Assembly: GCA_044222475.1 (NCBI GenBank)
Contig: JBGANF010000187.1
Coordinates: 1-12,739 of the forward strand
From: Polyangiaceae bacterium
GTDB lineage: Bacteria; Myxococcota_A; Polyangia; Polyangiales; Polyangiaceae
Direction of reading: 5' to 3'
Length of the DNA stretch: 12,739 nucleotides
Both the position numbers and the translations under genes were made by a program. Positions 7,672-12,739 of the stretch are shown piece after piece. The stretch's first letter is position 1. The number at the start of each line of letters is the position of its first letter. Under the pieces are notes generated by a model. That model did not search any database. It had not been told where the DNA came from and worked only from the letters and a program-made list of their open reading frames with translations.

Positions 7672-9057
7672 TCACTCGCAGGGGTCTTTTCCGGTCGGAA
7701 ACGCGGTCCGATAGGCCTCGAGCGTCTGTACGCAGAGGTGCGCGCCGGTGCTGTATTGGCCGAGCCCGGTGTCCGCGGTGTCGCCGCCGGAGTACCCGAC
7801 GATCGTCCCGGCGGGGTACACCTCGCCGACGTTCGTTGCGAGCTGCTTCTGCGGCCGGAGGTGCAGGTAGCGGAACTTGTAGCCGGTCACCTGATCGACG
7901 AACTCGGGCATGTATCCCCAACCGTAGACGCCCGTCTTGTAGAGCTTCGAGTCGTGGCGCAGCACGACCGGCGTGTCCTTCGACACCGCGAGGTCCGTGT
8001 CCCACCAGCCGTAGCTCATGTACGGCCCGTACGTCAGCGCGGTGTTCCACCACTGCTGCGAGCTGCACGAGAGCACTCCGGTGCAGAAGTCCGGCGTGCC
8101 GGGCGGCGCGGCGAAGCAACCCTTGGCGCAGACCTTCGCGGCGGGCGCGATGTCGGCGGCGGAACATGTGTAGAGTACACTCTTCGAGCCGTCCATCCCG
8201 TTGGCGCCGCAGTACGTCCCCTTGGCGGGGCATCGCAGCGCCTCGCTCGCGTCGACGGCGCCGGTCGCGCTGAGCGGGAAGACGTCGCGAACGACGTCCT
8301 GGCTCTTCACGTCGGGGAAGCCCTTCAGCGGGATGCCTGCGGGTTTGCCCACCGGCTCGAGGATCCCGTAGCGGCCGACGACGTACGCGCCTCCTTCGAC
8401 GACGTGGAGGCTCGTCCACAGATCGTAGCCGTCGTACTTCGGTGGAGCGCCGCCGAGGTCGCCAGCTGCGCCGAAGGGGTGCACGCCGCCGTACCCGTCG
8501 AGGATCCAGCCGCCGTCGACCTTGCCCGCCGTGCGATGCAGATCGAGCCCGCGCGCGAGGCCCTTCGCGTCGTACCCCGACACGAGCGGCGGAGCTTTGC
8601 CGAACTCGTGAAGCGCGCCGTCCTTGTCGAGGACGTAGCCGCTGACGAGGTCGTCGAGGATGACGAACGAGCGCGCCACGTCGCTCGCCGGCTTGTGGAA
8701 GCCCGAGTCGATCGGCCACGCCTTGCCGAACTGCCGGAGGTCGCCGTGCGCGTCGAGGGTCCACCCGCCGGATCCGTCCGCGAGGACCCACACCGCGCGA
8801 GCGACGTCCTGCCCCGGCCACTTCATCGCGCCGGTTTGGTCGATCTGGGTGCCGCCGAACGCGACGAGCGTTCCGTCGGCCTCGAGGAGCACGCCACCGG
8901 CGGCGGCGGGCGGCCCGAGCTTCGGCGTCGGAGCGGAGTCGGCTTGCGAGCCTGCGTCGCCCGTCGGCGTGGGATCGACGGGGGTGCTCCCGTCGTCCGC
9001 GGCGGAGCAGCCGGCGGTCAGAACGAGGACGAACGCGATGGCGACGTGGCGGAGCAT
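7672..9057 (-). CDS. Lipoprotein with propeller-like repeats, a Cys-rich module and a C-terminal degenerate M23/LytM-like domain
   Basis: Lipobox LTAGC, about 5 repeats of DVAR...G(W/Y)xLDxxGx(L/V)HxFG, a CxxxxxYCG...LYTC...CAKGC...DFC module, and M23 hallmarks (DLAVSKDTPV, GWG, YLHL, VGEVYPAGTIVGYSG, STGAHLC). Confidence 0.8.
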   Translation of the reverse strand: MLRHVAIAFVLVLTAGCSAADDGSTPVDPTPTGDAGSQADSAPTPKLGPPAAAGGVLLEADGTLVAFGGTQIDQTGAMKWPGQDVARAVWVLADGSGGWTLDAHGDLRQFGKAWPIDSGFHKPASDVARSFVILDDLVSGYVLDKDGALHEFGKAPPLVSGYDAKGLARGLDLHRTAGKVDGGWILDGYGGVHPFGAAGDLGGAPPKYDGYDLWTSLHVVEGGAYVVGRYGILEPVGKPAGIPLKGFPDVKSQDVVRDVFPLSATGAVDASEALRCPAKGTYCGANGMDGSKSVLYTCSAADIAPAAKVCAKGCFAAPPGTPDFCTGVLSCSSQQWWNTALTYGPYMSYGWWDTDLAVSKDTPVVLRHDSKLYKTGVYGWGYMPEFVDQVTGYKFRYLHLRPQKQLATNVGEVYPAGTIVGYSGGDTADTGLGQYSTGAHLCVQTLEAYRTAFPTGKDPCE

Positions 9058-9176
9058 GCGACCTTACAGTGCAAGACTCCGGCCGCGGTAAGTCCGCGAT
9101 GTGCCTGGGGCACCTCCCCGCGACCGCTCGCGATTCCGCGACGTTTCGCGACCCAAGCCCCCTCAATCCGCGGAAG

Positions 9177-9248
9177 CGCTAGCCGGCTAACAATTCCGTC
9201 CAACGCTCCCCCCGGCACCTCTCCGCCCCGATTGTTAGCCGGCTAGCG
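9177..9248. repeat. Perfect 18-bp inverted repeat with 36-nt spacer; each arm contains the palindrome TAGCCGGCTA
   Basis: CGCTAGCCGGCTAACAAT (9177-9194) is the exact reverse complement of ATTGTTAGCCGGCTAGCG (9231-9248). Confidence 0.95.
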
Positions 9249-9272
9249 TCTCCCGAGCACCGGCTCCAATCG

Positions 9273-10136
9273 TCAGCCGGCCGACTTCTTCTTCTTCGAC
9301 TCTTTCACCTCGGCCGGCTCCACCTTCTTCGGCGGCGGGCGCACGGAGGCCGGGGCCTTCTCTTCGGCGGCGGCCAGGCTGCGCTTGAGCGCCTCGAACA
9401 GATCGATGATCTGGGCCTTCGGCGCCTCCTCCGCGACGTGGATCTCCTGACCGGCGACCTTCTGCTCGACGGCCGCCTTCACGCGGTCCTGGTACTCGTC
9501 CTTGAACTTCGACGCGTCGAACTCGGGTACCCCGAGCTGCTCGATGAGCTTCTCCGCGAGCTCGATCTCGACGTCCTTGAACGTCGCCTCGGCGCCGACC
9601 TCGACCTCGTCGAAGGACCGAACTTCATTTGCATAGTACACGTAGTGGAGGATGAGCCCGCGCGACTTGTACGGGCGAAGGAGCACGAGCTGCTCCTTGC
9701 CGCGCGTCCAGAACCGGCCAACCGCGATCTTGCCGACCTTCTTCAGCGTCTTCGACAGCAGCTGGTACGCGCGCTCGCCGCCCTTGTCGGGTCCGATGTA
9801 GTAGCTCTTCTCCATGTAGACGAGATCGACGGTGCTCTCGGGCACGAACTCGACGAGCTCGAGGCTGTCGGTCTTCGCCGCTTCGAGCTTCTTCATCTCT
9901 TCTTCGGTGAACTGGACGTACTGGTCCTTGGCGAACTCGTAGCCCTTCACCGTCTCGTTGCGCTCGACGATGCTCTTGTCGACTGCGTCGATGTACTGCT
10001 GCTTGAGGCGGTTGCCGGTCTTCTTGTTCAACATGTTGAACGAGACCGACTGCGCGGACGCGGCGGTGTAGAGTTTGAAGGGAATCGACACGAGCCCGAA
10101 GGAGATCGTCCCGGAACCGATGGAGCGCGCAGCCAT
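9273..10136 (-). CDS. ku: Non-homologous end joining protein Ku
   Basis: MAARSIGSGTISFGLVSIPFKLY, VKGYEFAKDQYV, YMEKSYYIGPD, AYQLL, REQLVLLRP-like segment (KEQLVLLRP), FDASKFKDEY, IIDLFEALKRSL and a Lys-rich tail. Confidence 0.97.
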   Translation of the reverse strand: MAARSIGSGTISFGLVSIPFKLYTAASAQSVSFNMLNKKTGNRLKQQYIDAVDKSIVERNETVKGYEFAKDQYVQFTEEEMKKLEAAKTDSLELVEFVPESTVDLVYMEKSYYIGPDKGGERAYQLLSKTLKKVGKIAVGRFWTRGKEQLVLLRPYKSRGLILHYVYYANEVRSFDEVEVGAEATFKDVEIELAEKLIEQLGVPEFDASKFKDEYQDRVKAAVEQKVAGQEIHVAEEAPKAQIIDLFEALKRSLAAAEEKAPASVRPPPKKVEPAEVKESKKKKSAG

Positions 10137-10142
10137 GATGAA

Positions 10143-10148
10143 ATGGTA
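10143..10148 (-). promoter_or_regulatory. Putative -10 box (TACCAT) for a leaderless ku transcript
   Basis: TACCAT on the minus strand, 6 nt before ATG 10136, with no SD. Confidence 0.45.
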
Positions 10149-10170
10149 ACGAGCGCGCGCTCACGCTGTC

Positions 10171-10190
10171 GAATTGTTAGCCGGCCAGCG
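10171..10190. repeat. Third copy of the ku-flanking motif, in the ku-ligD divergent spacer (candidate operator)
   Basis: GAATTGTTAGCCGGCCAGCG matches the reverse complement of 9177-9196 (GAATTGTTAGCCGGCTAGCG) at 19 of 20 positions. Confidence 0.85.
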
Positions 10191-10236
10191 ATTCCTCGCG
10201 ACCCACGACGACACGCACGCTGAGCATCCGAGCACC

Positions 10237-12739
10237 ATGGCATCGCGGAAGAAGACGCCACCCGAAGGAGCCGAAAAACTCGCCAAATACCGCGAGATTC
10301 GCGACTTCGGCGCGAGCCCGGAGCCGAGTGGTCACGAGGCAGGTGAAGCCAGCGTCGTACCTACGGGGGACACGCGTTCAGGCTCGTTCGTCGTGCACAT
10401 GCACTCTGCAACTCGCCTCCACTACGACCTGCGTCTCGAGCGCGGCGGAGTGCTCGCGAGCTTCGCGGTCCCACACGGACCGTCGCTCGATCCGGAGACG
10501 AAGGTCCTCGCGATCGAAACGGAGGATCACCCGATCGAGTACCTCGACTACGAGGGCGTGATCCCCGAAGGGAACTACGGCGCCGGCCCGATGATCTGTT
10601 GGGACCGCGGCGAGGTGCGCTACCTCGAGACGAGCGCCGAGAAGGGTCACGAAGACGGAAAGATCGACTTCGTGCTCAGCGGCTACAAGCTCCGCGGCCG
10701 CTTCGCCCTCGTGCGCCTCAAGAAGAGCGCGAGCGGCAAGGAGTGGCTCCTCATCAAGAAGAAGGACGCGTTCTCGACGAACGAGAGCGACATCAAAGAG
10801 ACGCAGAAGCTCTCGGTCCTCTCGGGCCTCAGCGTCGACGAGCTGGGGCGCGCCCACGACCTCGCGCGTGAAGCCGAAGACACGGCGCGCGAGCTCGGCG
10901 CATCGATGGGAGCCGTCGACGGACGGAAGCTCCAGCCGATGCTCTGCGGGACCGCGGACGAAGCGGCGATCCCTGGTGAAGGGTACGTGTTCGAGCTCAA
11001 GCTCGACGGCGTCCGCATCGTCGCCGACAAGTCCGGCTCCGAGGTCGCGCTCACGTACCGCTCGGGCCGCGACACGACCGCCGCGTACCCCGAGGTCGCC
11101 AGCGCGTTGCGCGCGCTCGCCGCCGAGCGCGTCGTGCTCGACGGCGAGATCGTCGCGTTCGACGACAGCGGCGCGCCTAGCTTCCAGCGGCTCCTCAGCC
11201 GCGTGCACCGCAGCGAGCGCACGCTCCTCCGAGGATCGCTCCACGTGCCCATCTTCTTCATCGTCTTCGACGTGCTCGCGCTCGGGAAGTACGACCTCCG
11301 CAAGCTCCCCTGGGAGTCGCGCCGCAAAGTGCTGGGCCAAGTCGTTCGCGGCACGGGGATCGTGCGGGCGCTCGACTACCTCGACGGACACGGGAAGGAG
11401 CTCCTCGAGTTCTGCCGCTCGCGCCACCTCGAAGGCATCGTCGCCAAGCGTCGCAGCGCGACGTACCGCGAAGGTCCCAAGCGCACCGACGACTGGCTCA
11501 AGATCAAGTGCGAGCGCGACGAGAGCTTCGTCGTCGTCGGATACACGGTCGGCAAGGGCCGAACGCGCCTCGGCGCGCTGGATCTCGCTACCTACGACGG
11601 CGACAAGCTCGTCGCCCGCGGCAAGGTCGGCAGCGGCCTCGACGAGAACATGGTCGACGTCTTGCTCGAGAAGATGAAGCCGCTGATCACCAAAGAGAAG
11701 CCGTACGAAGGCGACCCGGGCGACGCGCCGCTCGGCCGCACGTTCGTCAAGCCGGAGATCGTGGTCACCGTGCGCTTCCTCGGTTGGTCCGACGAAGGCT
11801 CGCTGCGCTTCCCGGTGTTCCGCGGCATCGACATCGATCGCACCCCGAAGGACTGCACCGTGTCGCCGCACGGAAAGGATCCCGAGCCCGACGACGCGGA
11901 CCAGGCGCCGCCGAGCCTCGCGGCGCCGAAGAAACGTGTATCCCTCACGAATCAGTCGAAGGTCTTCTGGCCGAAGGAGGGGCTCACCAAGGGCGACCTC
12001 TGCCGGTACTACGAGACGATCGGCCCGACGATGCTGCCGTTCCTGCGGGACCGACCGGTGGTGCTCGTGCGCTACCCCGACGGCGTCGAAGGCAAGAGCT
12101 TCTTCCAGTGGAACGTGCCGTTCGGGTTCCCGTCGTGGATCCGCCACGTCGGGCTCGACGAAGCCGAGAGCGAGGGGAAGAAGAAGCGCGTCTTCCTGAT
12201 CAACGATCTCGACGCGCTGCTCGCGGTCGCGAACCTCGGGGCGATCCCGATCCACGTCCTCGCGAGCCGCGAGAAGAGCCTCGACAAGTGCGACTTCTGC
12301 ACGATCGATTTCGACGTCGATCGATCGACGCTCGAGAACGGCGTGCGGCTCGCGCGGACGCTTCGCGAGATCCTCGACTCGATCGGGCTCGTCGGGTTCC
12401 CGAAGACGTCGGGCCAGCTCGGGCTCCACGTGCTCATCCCACTCGGGCCGAATGTCACCTTCGAGACCGCCCAGCTCCTGAACGTGCTGCTCGGCAGACT
12501 CGTGACCGAGCGCCACAAGGACATCGCGACGCTCGAGCTCTCGACCGAGAAGCGGGGCGCGCGAGTCTTCGTCGACATCGGTCAGACCGGCCGCCGGCGA
12601 ACGATCGTGGCGCCGTACTCGGTGCGGGCGTTCCCGGGTGGACGCGTGTCGACGCCGCTGCGCTGGGAGGAGCTCGAGGGTCTCGATCCCGGTCGCTTCA
12701 CGATGAAGACCGTGCCCGAGAGAGTGACGACCGTGGGTG
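10237..12739 (+). CDS. ligD: DNA ligase D (phosphoesterase-ligase-polymerase order), runs off the right edge
   Basis: Manual translation from ATG 10237. PE domain: KYREIRDF..SPEP, HSATRLHYDLRLE, TEDHPIEY, NYGAG. Ligase: FELKLDGVR (Lys at 10999-11001), LDGEIV, FDVL, EGIVAKR, WLKIK. Polymerase: LTNQSKVFWP, RYPDG, IDFDVD, KTSGQLGLH, VFVD, VAPYSVRA. Confidence 0.97.
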   Translation, partial: MASRKKTPPEGAEKLAKYREIRDFGASPEPSGHEAGEASVVPTGDTRSGSFVVHMHSATRLHYDLRLERGGVLASFAVPHGPSLDPETKVLAIETEDHPIEYLDYEGVIPEGNYGAGPMICWDRGEVRYLETSAEKGHEDGKIDFVLSGYKLRGRFALVRLKKSASGKEWLLIKKKDAFSTNESDIKETQKLSVLSGLSVDELGRAHDLAREAEDTARELGASMGAVDGRKLQPMLCGTADEAAIPGEGYVFELKLDGVRIVADKSGSEVALTYRSGRDTTAAYPEVASALRALAAERVVLDGEIVAFDDSGAPSFQRLLSRVHRSERTLLRGSLHVPIFFIVFDVLALGKYDLRKLPWESRRKVLGQVVRGTGIVRALDYLDGHGKELLEFCRSRHLEGIVAKRRSATYREGPKRTDDWLKIKCERDESFVVVGYTVGKGRTRLGALDLATYDGDKLVARGKVGSGLDENMVDVLLEKMKPLITKEKPYEGDPGDAPLGRTFVKPEIVVTVRFLGWSDEGSLRFPVFRGIDIDRTPKDCTVSPHGKDPEPDDADQAPPSLAAPKKRVSLTNQSKVFWPKEGLTKGDLCRYYETIGPTMLPFLRDRPVVLVRYPDGVEGKSFFQWNVPFGFPSWIRHVGLDEAESEGKKKRVFLINDLDALLAVANLGAIPIHVLASREKSLDKCDFCTIDFDVDRSTLENGVRLARTLREILDSIGLVGFPKTSGQLGLHVLIPLGPNVTFETAQLLNVLLGRLVTERHKDIATLELSTEKRGARVFVDIGQTGRRRTIVAPYSVRAFPGGRVSTPLRWEELEGLDPGRFTMKTVPERVTTVG

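Noticed and set aside
9071..9098. GCAAGACTCCGGCC...GGTA resembling part of a c-di-GMP-I riboswitch
   Set aside because: It is on the opposite strand to both flanking genes and lacks the upstream GGCAAAC/GNRA hairpin.
9185..9240. Integron attC-like site (GGCTAACAATTC...GTTAGCC, 56 bp)
   Set aside because: The ends resemble R'' and R' at 6 of 7 positions each, but the putative L'' (CGTCCAAC) has no complementary L' in the C-rich spacer. There is also no integrase or cassette array.
5990..9246. ORFs 5990..7237 (-), 7667..9166 (-) and 7738..9246 (+)
   Set aside because: Shadow or Arg-rich alternate frames over apbE and the M23-like gene.
9177..9282. Mini CRISPR array (repeats separated by roughly spacer-sized gaps)
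   Set aside because: The repeats are only 15-18 bp, the first two are inverted relative to each other, and there are no cas genes.
10151..10162. 12-bp palindrome GAGCGCGCGCTC upstream of ku
   Set aside because: Low-complexity CG palindromes are frequent in this sequence, and it is not supportable as a site on its own.
10378..12516. 712-aa minus-strand ORF
   Set aside because: Antisense shadow of ligD, which the ORF track missed because its stop lies outside the window.

Overview
A high-GC, gene-dense bacterial window. The gene style (Hanks kinase, Cys-rich lipoproteins with DAG-rich linkers, TonB_C-fused receptor) suggests Myxococcota/Polyangiales, which is an inference. Left to right: the N-terminal part of a Ser/Thr kinase (-, truncated, absent from the ORF track); a Cys-rich RCC1-repeat lipoprotein (+); a TonB_C-fused TonB-dependent receptor and an M20 amidohydrolase (both -, probable operon); a DCC/DUF393 oxidoreductase, an ApbE flavin transferase and a small membrane protein (+); a propeller-repeat/Cys-rich/degenerate M23 lipoprotein (-); and a divergent NHEJ pair, ku (-) and ligD (+, truncated, absent from the ORF track). 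Three signals stand out. (1) An 18-20 bp motif with palindromic core TAGCCGGCTA occurs 3 times, plus one degenerate copy, only around ku. (2) An M23-like domain has lost both Zn-binding histidines (WxxxD, HxC). (3) TAnnnT boxes sit 6-8 nt before several start codons, including a symmetric back-to-back pair in a 29-bp spacer, consistent with leaderless transcription. I saw no RNA genes, CRISPR arrays or transposases.
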